DNA of 44,542 bases from Terriglobia bacterium (GCA_041483755.1 JBGPGF010000001.1:1-44542); one strand, 5' to 3'. Numbered from the stretch's first letter, positions 29,512-37,931 are shown. A program made the numbers and translations. The notes: a model not told the origin generated them from the letters alone.

Positions 29512-30287
29512 GCGGGAAGTACCTCCCAAAAGTTCTGGGTGCGCTGAAAATCCAAGTGATAGGACGGCACCTGTTCGACCGCCTGCGTTAGGATGTCGAG
29601 AAGGCGCCGATTGGCGCTTGTGTCCGTCGAGAAGAAAAGAACGTTGGGAAGGAGCGCGCGCAGCGCCTCCGCCGGACGCATGGCACGGACGCTATTGCGT
29701 GGCGACTGGATCAGCCGGAAGAAGCCCGCTACCGGCGCGCTGGTGTTGGAGCCGGCCGCGCGAAACTCTCCCCAAAACGGCGTGCCGTGGGCGCGCCATT
29801 GGCCTTCCTCATACCGCAACAGGGAAATCTCGTCTGTGAGCACGCTGCCGGCGGGCGCGAGTGACGCTACCGTGCTTTTGCCGGCGCCGGAGCGCCCTGC
29901 GAATACATATGCACGGCCCTGGCGCACGACCGTCGCGGCATGCAGCAGGAATCCGGTGCGCGGCAACAGCACCCATGACAAAAGGATCCTCAGCAACGTA
30001 TCGAGCGCGTAGGCATGCCGCACTCCGGAAAAGAACGCGCCGACTTTGTCGCACCGCAGGCTCGCCCCTTCAAATTGATAAGAAAAATCAGCGCTGTGCG
30101 GCAAGACAGGGGCCGGGGATTCAAACCGGATCGGATAGGCCGGCTCGACGGTTGCGCAAAACCCTTCGTACCGCTCCAGGCTTTGTGAGCGAAGGTCCTC
30201 TCCGGGAAAATGGAGCCGCATCGGCACGCAACCAATCGCTAAGTCCAATGGACGCGGCACAGCGCGGCCCGCATGGTCATCCAGCAC
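29508..30287 (-). CDS. HprK-related P-loop protein (ScmC-like)
   Basis: LLHAATV, GRSGAGKST, LTDE, AHGTPFWG; GTG start with AAAGGA RBS. Confidence 0.85.
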   Translation of the reverse strand: MLDDHAGRAVPRPLDLAIGCVPMRLHFPGEDLRSQSLERYEGFCATVEPAYPIRFESPAPVLPHSADFSYQFEGASLRCDKVGAFFSGVRHAYALDTLLRILLSWVLLPRTGFLLHAATVVRQGRAYVFAGRSGAGKSTVASLAPAGSVLTDEISLLRYEEGQWRAHGTPFWGEFRAAGSNTSAPVAGFFRLIQSPRNSVRAMRPAEALRALLPNVLFFSTDTSANRRLLDILTQAVEQVPSYHLDFQRTQNFWEVLPA

Positions 30288-30657
30288 GCCAGTTCCTTTC
30301 CTAATACGGCGCGTGACCGAGCCCTGGCGGGTAAGCAGGCGCGGTTCCCTTGCGCGATAACTCCAGGAAGCAACCCTGACCTAGTTTTGACTGCCCACCC
30401 ACGGTCAAGTCAAGCCGTTGTTTCAGGTGTTCCCTGAAAGCCAACAACCTGCCCACTATCCCTCGCAAAGGGAGCACATGGCGGAACACATAACTTGGCG
30501 CCGCGCGGCCAGGAACGCATCGGCCGGCCGTTGCAGGCGCCGGTAGTCCTTGACGGCTAGACGACCCGCCGAGTAATCTGTACAGCAATAAAATAGCCCA
30601 CAGTTATCGTTACTCATAGGTTCCCTCATGTTGCGGCATGGAGCACTCGGGGATGCA

Positions 30658-30786
30658 ATGGAAAAGCAAGAGAAGTTACCGTTGGGGGCTTATTGTTACG
30701 GCTTTGTCCCCGGGTTGCGCGGCTGGTCCTGCTGGCGCACAGCGGCAGTTCGGTCCCACCGGCGCGGGAGAAGAAGAATAATTTAG
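30658..30786 (+). pseudogene. Decayed paralogue of the secreted repeat-peptide gene
   Basis: Same position in the duplicated unit as 32307-32474; fragments MEK, GLLL, GLRG and LAHSGSSVPP are split across reading frames. Confidence 0.6.
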
Positions 30787-30825
30787 GTCCTGGCTGAGAT
30801 CGGGCCAGGCCTCTTTGTGATGGCA

Positions 30826-31965
30826 ATGCTTGGCCCGTTTGACTACGCGCTCTGGTTGGTGGGTTTTGCTGCAGAGCTGTGCGTTCCTCTCTTTGCTATC
30901 CGCCAAAGACAGTTCCTTCATTACTTCAGTTTGAATTTCTATTTCCTCGCGCTCGTAGCAAGCGAGATTCTGAGTTTCTTCATTCTCAAGACCTACGGCG
31001 TTGCCTCTCTCGAGTATCGCTACTTCTACTCCTATACGGATGTCCTGCTGACCGTCGTGCAGTTCGTGGCGATCATCGGCCTCTATCGGCACGTCTTTGA
31101 CGACATGGAAGCCGCCAAGTACATCCGAAGGCTGGCGGTTGTGGTCCTCAGTGTGATTTCCCTGGTTTCCTTCCTCATTGTTCAGGGAGAACGCTCGGCG
31201 CTCACGACGCGCTTCGCCATCGTACTCGGCCGGAACCTCTACTTCACGGGCATGCTGCTCACCTACATCCTCTGGGCCGCGATGTTCAAGCGGCGGGAAG
31301 CCCGCACCCGTCTCCTGTTGATCGTTACGGCCTTCGGAGTCTTCTTCGCGGGTTACGCGGTCACCTATGCTTTGCGTTTGCTGTTTCCCGGCCTGCCGGT
31401 GTGGCACGCCATTCCTCCTGTACTGGGCACCTTGCTCGCGCTCTCGCTGGCGTACACGTTTGCCAAAGTCCCCGAGGAGGAGCGCATCGCAACGCAACAT
31501 GCTGGAGGAGCCGAGGGCAGCCCGGCATGCAGCTCGAGTGTTCTCCTGAACGTCTCGCTGGTTCTTGCCGGGGGGATCGCCGCGGGGGCGCAGTTCTTTG
31601 TCTCGTATTGCCGCGTCTTCCTGCGCTCCGTGGCGGGGCGCCGGGTTTCGGACGACGTGCGAAGCCTGGCCCGGCTCGATGATTGTGAACCTTCGGCGGA
31701 TGCGCTTCCGCGGCTCTTCTCGCTCTTGGATGCGTGCCCTCCGGTCGCGGAGAAACGCCCCCACCATGTGCGCCTCGTGCGGTGGTATGGCACGATGATG
31801 AGATTCCTCGGCGGGCAATCCTTTTTCGCCCTGCGCTGGGGCCGTGCCTGGTTCCACCGGGAAGGGATGGCTTGCGCGCATTTTGCCGTCGTCACTCTCG
31901 ATGAGCGGATTTCCGCGATGCGCAACCTCTATGAACGCTACGTGACGAAAGTGGACCGCTCCTAA
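30826..31965 (+). CDS. 7TM protein fused to the partner domain (module copy 1)
   Basis: N-terminal ~225 aa paralogous to 32518-33213; C-terminal ~140 aa paralogous to 33210-33629. Confidence 0.85.
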   Translation: MLGPFDYALWLVGFAAELCVPLFAIRQRQFLHYFSLNFYFLALVASEILSFFILKTYGVASLEYRYFYSYTDVLLTVVQFVAIIGLYRHVFDDMEAAKYIRRLAVVVLSVISLVSFLIVQGERSALTTRFAIVLGRNLYFTGMLLTYILWAAMFKRREARTRLLLIVTAFGVFFAGYAVTYALRLLFPGLPVWHAIPPVLGTLLALSLAYTFAKVPEEERIATQHAGGAEGSPACSSSVLLNVSLVLAGGIAAGAQFFVSYCRVFLRSVAGRRVSDDVRSLARLDDCEPSADALPRLFSLLDACPPVAEKRPHHVRLVRWYGTMMRFLGGQSFFALRWGRAWFHREGMACAHFAVVTLDERISAMRNLYERYVTKVDRS

Positions 31966-32169
31966 CAGGTTGCGGAAAAAGGGTCTCCAGCCGTCATTCC
32001 GAGCGAAGCGAGGAATCCCTCTTTTCTTGGTGTGCAGTGCGGGAGCCGTGATGCGGCGGTGGAGGGCAGAAGAGAGATTCCTCGGCACGCAGCGTGCCTC
32101 GGAATGACGGCTCCGTGGCCACGCTTCACGCGGCATAACAGACAAGAGCACCTTTTCAACAAGCTGCCA
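31963..32169. mobile_element. MITE-like element with nested inverted repeats, copy 2 (degenerate)
   Basis: Left end TAACAGGTTGCGGAAAA supplies the stop of the upstream gene; same internal GTCATTCCGAGCGAAGCGAGGAATC / AGATTCCTCG..CTCGGAATGAC; right end TTTTCAACAAGCTG. Confidence 0.65.
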
Positions 32170-32242
32170 AAGACCAATGATCCTTGACGAGGTGGGTGCC
32201 CGCCGAGGAAACTTGATGTTAGCGGACTAACGCATATTAGCG

Positions 32243-32271
32243 TTGACCTATTATATACTAGTTTGTAATAT
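32243..32271 (+). promoter_or_regulatory. Sigma70-like promoter for the peptide gene
   Basis: TTGACC-N17-TAATAT with AT-rich spacer, ending 35 nt before the peptide ATG. Confidence 0.5.
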
Positions 32272-32306
32272 CCTCCTTGTTCCCACCGGGAACATAGGAG
32301 GATGTG

Positions 32307-32474
32307 ATGAAAAAGTGGCAAGCGATAGTAGTTCTGGGTCTGTTGCTCGTTGCAGCTTCGATGGGGTTGCGCGGACTTCTAGGCCCAGCGATGGGTGGTA
32401 GTCCGGTGCCGCCGTCGCCGTGGCTGGCGATGGGTGGCAGTCCGGTGCCGCCCTCACCTTGGGTAAATAGGTAG
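32307..32474 (+). CDS. Secreted 55-aa peptide with two tandem AMGGSPVPPSPW repeats (not in ORF track)
   Basis: AGGAGG RBS 5 nt before ATG; MKKWQAIVVLGLLLVAASMGLRGLLGP-AMGGSPVPPSPW-L-AMGGSPVPPSPW-VNR*; the DNA repeats differ only at synonymous positions. Confidence 0.9.
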   Translation: MKKWQAIVVLGLLLVAASMGLRGLLGPAMGGSPVPPSPWLAMGGSPVPPSPWVNR

Positions 32475-32517
32475 ATCGGTCCTGGCTGCTCGTGGGCCAG
32501 GCCTCTCCGAGAAGGCG

Positions 32518-33213
32518 ATGCTTGGCCCATTTGACTACGCGCTCTGGCTGGTGAGTTTTGCGGGAGACGTGTGCATTCTCGTCTGCGCGCTCCGCCGGAG
32601 ACAGTTTTTTCAGTACCTCAGTCTGAATGTATTTATCATTGCGTTGGCTGTGGACGAAGTCTTGCGCTTCACCGTGTTGAGAATGTATGGATTTGCGTCC
32701 ATTCAATACCGTTATCTGTACTATTACACGGACTCACTCCTAGTCGTTGTCATGTTTGTGGCGATCTCCGGTCTTTACCGGCACGTATTTAGGGATGCAG
32801 AAACCGCCAAGTACATCCGGGGTTGGGCCGTTGTGGTTCTTAGTGCGACTTCCCTGGTTTCTTTCCTGGTGATTCAAAGAGAACGGTCGGCGCTCACGAC
32901 GCGTTTCGTCGTTGAGCTCGGTCAAAACCTCTATTTCACCGGAGTGACCCTCACTTACATTTTGTGGCTGGCGATGTTCAAGCGCGGAGAGGCCCGCACG
33001 CGGATCGTTTTGATCGTCACCGCGTTCGGAGTTTTCTTTTCCGCCTATGCCGTCACCTATGCGCTTCGGGGACTGCTTCCGAATCTAGCGGTCTGGCATG
33101 TAATTCCTCCCCTGCTGGGCACGTGGCTCCCACTCTCGCTCGCCTACACGTTCGCCAAGGTTCCGGAGGAGGCGCGAATCGCGGCGCTCGATGCTCGCGG
33201 GACGCACTCGTGA
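32518..33213 (+). CDS. 7TM membrane protein of unknown function (module copy 2)
   Basis: Seven hydrophobic segments by eye, no soluble output domain; shares MLGPFDYALWLV, ERSALTTRF, IVTAFGVFF, LSLAYTFAKVPEE with copy 1. Confidence 0.88.
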   Translation: MLGPFDYALWLVSFAGDVCILVCALRRRQFFQYLSLNVFIIALAVDEVLRFTVLRMYGFASIQYRYLYYYTDSLLVVVMFVAISGLYRHVFRDAETAKYIRGWAVVVLSATSLVSFLVIQRERSALTTRFVVELGQNLYFTGVTLTYILWLAMFKRGEARTRIVLIVTAFGVFFSAYAVTYALRGLLPNLAVWHVIPPLLGTWLPLSLAYTFAKVPEEARIAALDARGTHS

Positions 33214-33629
33214 CCGCCGTATTCGTCATGGCCGTCAGTCTTGCGGCTCTGGCGCACTCTTTCATCTCCCATTGCCGGACCCTCCTGCGCGCGGTTGCAA
33301 ACATCCAGGTCTCCCAGAACGTTCGCACACTGAGCGGGCTGGACTTCGGCAGGACGGCGATGGAAGCCTTTTCCCGGCTGGCGCTGCTTCTTCAGTTGTG
33401 CACGCCCATGACGGCGGAGCGCACCCGGGAGCTCCGCTTTGTCCGGCTCTACTGCGCGTTTCTGAAGCTCGCGGGGCTGGTTCCCCCTCCCCTGCTGGGC
33501 CGCGAGCGGATCTGGCTCCAGCGCGAAGTGGCGGCTTGCGCGCATTTTGCCGCCGTGGCGCTGGATGAACGAATCTCACGCATCCGCCGCTTCTGCGAAC
33601 ATTCTCTTCCCGATACTCTTCGCCCATAG
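33210..33629 (+). CDS. Membrane-anchored partner protein, 139 aa (module copy 2)
   Basis: GTG start in a GTGA overlap with the upstream stop; N-terminal hydrophobic helix; shares CR, RL..LL..C.P and ACAHFA.V.LDERIS with the copy 1 C-terminus. Confidence 0.82.
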   Translation: MTAVFVMAVSLAALAHSFISHCRTLLRAVANIQVSQNVRTLSGLDFGRTAMEAFSRLALLLQLCTPMTAERTRELRFVRLYCAFLKLAGLVPPPLLGRERIWLQREVAACAHFAAVALDERISRIRRFCEHSLPDTLRP

Positions 33630-33747
33630 TCTTCGCGGCGCGTTTCGGAAGGCCCACCGCATTCTGCTATTCTGTATAGCTGGCAGGGCCACCGCATTCG
33701 GCTTAGGGCCCCGCGGCGGGACTTCGTTCAGAGAGGAGTATTCGTCC

Positions 33748-34866
33748 GTGAGTCCATCAACGCTTCACGACCGCGCCACCAAGCGCGTCCTCAACTTCAA
33801 CGCCGGGCCGGCGGCTCTGCCCCTTCCCGTTCTCGAACGCATCCGCGAAGAGCTTCTCGATTGCGGCGGCAGCGGCATGTCCGTGATGGAAATGAGCCAC
33901 CGCTCGGCGGAGTACGAAGCCATCCAGTCGCGCGCCGAACAGGAACTGCGCCGCCACATGGCCATTCCCGAAGACTACTCCGTATTGTTCCTCCAGGGCG
34001 GCGGCAGCCTGCAATTCGCCATGGTGCCCATGAACCTGTATGTCCCCGGCAAGCCCGTGGACGTCTTGCAGACCGGGATGTGGACCAGCAAGGCCATCGG
34101 CGAGCTGAAGAAAATCGCCGCGCACCGTTTGGCGGCTTCCACCGAGGCGGAGAAATTCACGCGCGTGCCCCGTGCGTCGGAAATCGCGCTCGACGCGAAC
34201 GCTTCCTACGTCCACATGGCGACTAACAACACAATCGAAGGCACGCAGTGGACAGCGATTCCGGACACCGGCGCCGTGCCTCTTGTCGCCGACATGTCTT
34301 CGGATATTCTCTCCCGCCCCATGGACGTCCGCCGTTTCGGCCTGATTTTCGCCGGCGCACAGAAAAATCTCGGCCCCTCCGGTGTAACGATTGTCATCGT
34401 TCGGCGCGACTTGCTGGAACGCGCCGACAAAAATCTTCCCGCCATCCTTCAGTACCGCACGCACGCTAAGGAGCGGTCGCTCTATCACACCCCGCCGACC
34501 TTCGCGGTTTACATTGTCGGATTGGTCCTCGAATGGATCGAAAAGGAGGGCGGCGTTGCAGCCATCGAAAAGCGCAACGCAAACAAAGCCAGGCTGCTTT
34601 ATGACGCGCTCGACGCGGGTGGCTTCTACACGTGTCCGGTTGAAAGGGAATCGCGTTCCCGCATGAACGTTGTCTTCCGCGTGGCCGGCGGAAACGAAAC
34701 CGTCGAGAAGCAATTCGTGCAGGAAGCGGCCGCGGCGGGATCGGTCGGCCTCGCCGGCCACCGCTCCGTCGGCGGCATCCGCGTCTCGCTTTATAACGCC
34801 GTCACCGTCGCCGCCGTCGAATCCCTCGCCGGCTTCATGAGCGAGTTCCAGCGCACTCGCGGCTGA
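33748..34866 (+). CDS. serC: Phosphoserine aminotransferase
   Basis: NFNAGPAALP, MSVMEMSHRS, GAQKNLGPSG (PLP Lys), GHRSVGGIRVSLYNA; GTG with GAGGAG RBS. Confidence 0.97.
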   Translation: MSPSTLHDRATKRVLNFNAGPAALPLPVLERIREELLDCGGSGMSVMEMSHRSAEYEAIQSRAEQELRRHMAIPEDYSVLFLQGGGSLQFAMVPMNLYVPGKPVDVLQTGMWTSKAIGELKKIAAHRLAASTEAEKFTRVPRASEIALDANASYVHMATNNTIEGTQWTAIPDTGAVPLVADMSSDILSRPMDVRRFGLIFAGAQKNLGPSGVTIVIVRRDLLERADKNLPAILQYRTHAKERSLYHTPPTFAVYIVGLVLEWIEKEGGVAAIEKRNANKARLLYDALDAGGFYTCPVERESRSRMNVVFRVAGGNETVEKQFVQEAAAAGSVGLAGHRSVGGIRVSLYNAVTVAAVESLAGFMSEFQRTRG

Positions 34867-34876
34867 CACGCAACCC

Positions 34877-34920
34877 AAAAAGAGAAGCCCCCGGCAAGTC
34901 AGAGTCTTGTCGGGGGCTTC
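34877..34920. terminator. Intrinsic terminator between convergent serC and pirin
   Basis: GAAGCCCCCGGCAAG / CTTGTCGGGGGCTTC stem; A-tract on the left gives a U-tract on the minus strand. Confidence 0.75.
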
Positions 34921-34980
34921 CCAGCAACCTCCGTCTAGCGCCGGCCTTACGACCGGCGCCTTTCTTCCAGGCTTGATGCT

Positions 34981-35679
34981 TCACGCCAGATCGAAGAGCA
35001 GCACCTCGGCCTTCTCCACACCTGTGAGTTCGACCACTTCTTCCCTGGAGAGAGCGGCACCGTCACCGGCCTCGAGTTCCTGCCCATTGAGCCGCACTCG
35101 TCCGCGCGCCACCTGCACCCAGGCGTGCCGATCTGGTTTCAACTCGTGCCGTGCCGATTCTCCCGCGCCGAGCACCGCGGCGTACAACTCATTGTCCTGA
35201 TGGATCGTCACCGAGCCTTCCCGGCCGTCCGGTGAAGCCATCAACCGCAGCCGCCCGCGCTTCTCCGCTTCCGAAAACGTCTTTTGCTCGTAGCCCGGCT
35301 TGATTCCCTTGCGCTTGGGCAGCATCCAGATCTGCAGCAGGTGCACGGGTTCCGTCTTGGAAGCATTGAATTCGCTATGCGTCACGCCGGTGCCCGCGCT
35401 CATCCGCTGCACTTCACCCGGCCGGATCACCGATCCGTTGCCCATGCTGTCGCGGTGCTCGAGCCCGCCCTCCAGCACATACGTCACAATCTCCATGTCG
35501 CGGTGGGGATGCGTGGGGAAGCCGCCCTGCGGCGCCACGCGGTCCTCGTTGATGACCCGCAGCGTGCGGAATTGCACGAATTTCGGGTCGTAGTAATCCG
35601 CAAACGAAAATGTGAAATGGCTGTCCAGCCAGCCGTGATCGGCATGGCCGCGCTCCTGGCTTCTGCGAATGTCCATCAT
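34981..35679 (-). CDS. Pirin family protein (YhhW-like)
   Basis: [43 protein letters not shown]. Confidence 0.96.
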   Translation of the reverse strand: MMDIRRSQERGHADHGWLDSHFTFSFADYYDPKFVQFRTLRVINEDRVAPQGGFPTHPHRDMEIVTYVLEGGLEHRDSMGNGSVIRPGEVQRMSAGTGVTHSEFNASKTEPVHLLQIWMLPKRKGIKPGYEQKTFSEAEKRGRLRLMASPDGREGSVTIHQDNELYAAVLGAGESARHELKPDRHAWVQVARGRVRLNGQELEAGDGAALSREEVVELTGVEKAEVLLFDLA

Positions 35680-35887
35680 GGTTCACCTCCCGAACGGTCA
35701 CGGGGCACAGTACTCGTTATAACGATAATTGTCAAGAGGCATTATTGCCCGCCTCGCTCCCCCGCCCCCGCCCTCCCTCATCCGCCCCTTTACCCCCCGT
35801 TCACCGCCATTTCCGCGCTCGCCGCTCTTGGTGTAAAGTGGTATCGTCGCCGGACGCGCGCAGCGCCCGGCGCCAAGGTCAGCAACC

Positions 35888-37228
35888 ATGAGCCCCGTTC
35901 TGCCCGCAACGCAAACGACGAAGTCAGAGGCGTCCACGATGCCCCGGGAAACGCTCACCATCACGGACAACCGCACGGGGAAGCAGTATGAGGTCCCCAT
36001 CACCCATGGCACCGTCCGGGCGATGGACCTCCGCCAAATCAAAGTAGAGCCGAAAGACTTCGGGATGGAGAGCTTCGACCCGGCCTTCAGCAACACGGCC
36101 TCTTGCGTCAGCCGGATTACTTACATTGACGGCGACGCAGGTATCCTTCGCTACCGTGGCTACCCCATTGAAGAGCTCGCGGAAAAAAGCACCTATTTGG
36201 AGACCGCCTATTTGCTCGTGTACGGCGAACTTCCCACAGCCGCCCAGCTTCAGGATTGGGCCTGGCACATCACGCACCACACTTTTGTCCACGAGAGCAT
36301 CAAGAAATTTCTCGACGGCTTCCATTACGACGCCCATCCCATGGGCATGCTCATTTCCACCATCGCCGCTCTCTCCACCTTTTATCCCGACGCCAAGGAC
36401 ATCTTCAATGCCGAGTCCCGCCGCAAGCAAACCTGGCGCCTCATCGGCAAAATGCCCACGCTCGCGGCGTTCGCCTATCGCCACAGCCTGGGCATGCCGT
36501 TCATTTACCCCGACAACGAGCTCAGCTATCCGGGCAATTTCCTGAACATGCTCTTCCGCACCTCCGAGGTGAAGTACAAGCCGAATCCCACCCTCGAGCG
36601 CGCGCTGGACATTCTCTTCATTCTCCATGCCGACCACGAGCAGAACTGTTCCACCAATACCATTCGCAGCGTCGGCAGCTCCCACGTAGATCCCTTCTCC
36701 GCCACGGCCGCAGCCACCGCCGCACTCTACGGCCCTCTCCACGGCGGCGCCAACGAGGAAGTCCTCCACATGCTCACGCAGATCGGCTCGGCCTCCAAGG
36801 TTCCCGACTTCATCAAACGCGTCAAAGCCGGCGAAACCAAGCTCATGGGCTTCGGCCATCGAATCTACAAGAATTACGATCCCCGCGCGCGTATCATCAA
36901 GCGCATCGCCGATGAGGTTTTCGCCCTCATGGGCAAGAATCCCCTCCTGGAAATCGCCCTCGAGTGCGAGCGCATAGCGCTCGAGGACGAGTACTTTGTG
37001 AAGCGCAAGCTCTACCCGAACGTGGATTTCTACACTGGGCTCATCTACCAATCCATGGGCTTCCCCATGTCCATGTTCCCGGTGCTCTTTGCCATCCCGC
37101 GCACTTCGGGCTGGATCTCGCAGTGGGAAGAGATGTTGCTCGATCCCGAGCAGAAGATCGCGCGGCCGCGCCAGGTCTATCTCGGCCGCGACACGCGCGG
37201 TTACGTGCCGATCGAGCAGCGCGGCTGA
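35888..37228 (+). CDS. gltA: Citrate synthase
   Basis: LRYRGYPI, HADHEQNCST, GPLHGGANE, MGFGHRIYK, YPNVDFY; start may be 35939. Confidence 0.97.
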   Translation: MSPVLPATQTTKSEASTMPRETLTITDNRTGKQYEVPITHGTVRAMDLRQIKVEPKDFGMESFDPAFSNTASCVSRITYIDGDAGILRYRGYPIEELAEKSTYLETAYLLVYGELPTAAQLQDWAWHITHHTFVHESIKKFLDGFHYDAHPMGMLISTIAALSTFYPDAKDIFNAESRRKQTWRLIGKMPTLAAFAYRHSLGMPFIYPDNELSYPGNFLNMLFRTSEVKYKPNPTLERALDILFILHADHEQNCSTNTIRSVGSSHVDPFSATAAATAALYGPLHGGANEEVLHMLTQIGSASKVPDFIKRVKAGETKLMGFGHRIYKNYDPRARIIKRIADEVFALMGKNPLLEIALECERIALEDEYFVKRKLYPNVDFYTGLIYQSMGFPMSMFPVLFAIPRTSGWISQWEEMLLDPEQKIARPRQVYLGRDTRGYVPIEQRG

Positions 37229-37469
37229 AGCACCGCTTGCGCCGGTTTGGCGGCTCGCCCCGGTGCAGGCGCGGCGAGGATTAGGTGAACGCCCCCGTCG
37301 ACGTTGCAGCTTGGGGAGCCGGCCGTGTCGCCGTACTTGCAGGACCTCCAGCGTCCGCACCCCCCTCCCGCCGCGGATCAGTAGCATAATTGTGCACCGC
37401 AGGTCGGAGAGTCACTCGACTTTCCGGTCCCACGGCGTATAGTCCTAAGAGGGTCAGACTGAGGGTTCA

Positions 37470-37871
37470 ATGGCTCAGATTCAGAATTCACCAACCACGA
37501 CCGGTGCCCGCAGGCGAAGCCAGCGCGTGCTCATGCAGGTTGGCGTGCTCATCCGCGGCGCCGATGCCGAAGGCAATGCCTTCGAAGAGCGCACCGATAC
37601 TCTGGCCATCAACGCCCACGGTGCCCTCATCCTTCTCAAAACCAAAGTCACCAGCGGGGCCTCCGTCCACATGCGCCACATGCGCACCGAGGAGGATCAG
37701 GAATGTAATGTGGTTTTCCTTGGACCCGTGCGCGCCGGTAAGTCCGAGGTCGGCCTCGAGTTTTCCTCACCGCGGCCCGGCTACTGGCGCGTAGCCTTCC
37801 CTCCCGAAGACTGGTCCCCCAAGCATCCCGAAGCTCGCACGGCGATTAGCCACCACCGCACACAAAAGTAA
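37470..37871 (+). CDS. PilZ domain protein
   Basis: RRSQR (RxxxR) and INAHG (D/NxSxxG-like) motifs, VGLEF. Confidence 0.8.
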   Translation: MAQIQNSPTTTGARRRSQRVLMQVGVLIRGADAEGNAFEERTDTLAINAHGALILLKTKVTSGASVHMRHMRTEEDQECNVVFLGPVRAGKSEVGLEFSSPRPGYWRVAFPPEDWSPKHPEARTAISHHRTQK

Positions 37872-37931
37872 GTAGTTCCGTAGGCGCAGTACCTCCGGCA
37901 GGTGTCCCGGCAGCGAAACCAAACCTCGACC

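Noticed and set aside
27815-30287. Lasso peptide or PQQ biosynthesis cluster
   Set aside because: No lasso cyclase or B2 protease, no acidic ring residue in the core; no pqqB/pqqC and no ExxxY motif of PqqA
30301-30588. 95-aa minus-strand ORF upstream of the RiPP operon
   Set aside because: No motif or RBS; overlaps the conserved promoter-like element and is better read as intergenic
30676-32151. 491-aa minus-strand ORF and similar long antisense ORFs (5491-7146, 20351-22111, 35924-37387, 39552-41387)
   Set aside because: High-GC shadow frames opposite well-supported genes, with no motifs of their own
32255-32262. ATACTAGT in the peptide promoter, matching the boxes at 7819-7838
   Set aside because: A single 8-mer in an AT-rich spacer is too little to claim shared regulation
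32388-32462. Direct repeats as a possible CRISPR array
   Set aside because: Only two units with a 3-nt gap, differences are synonymous, no cas genes: a coding repeat
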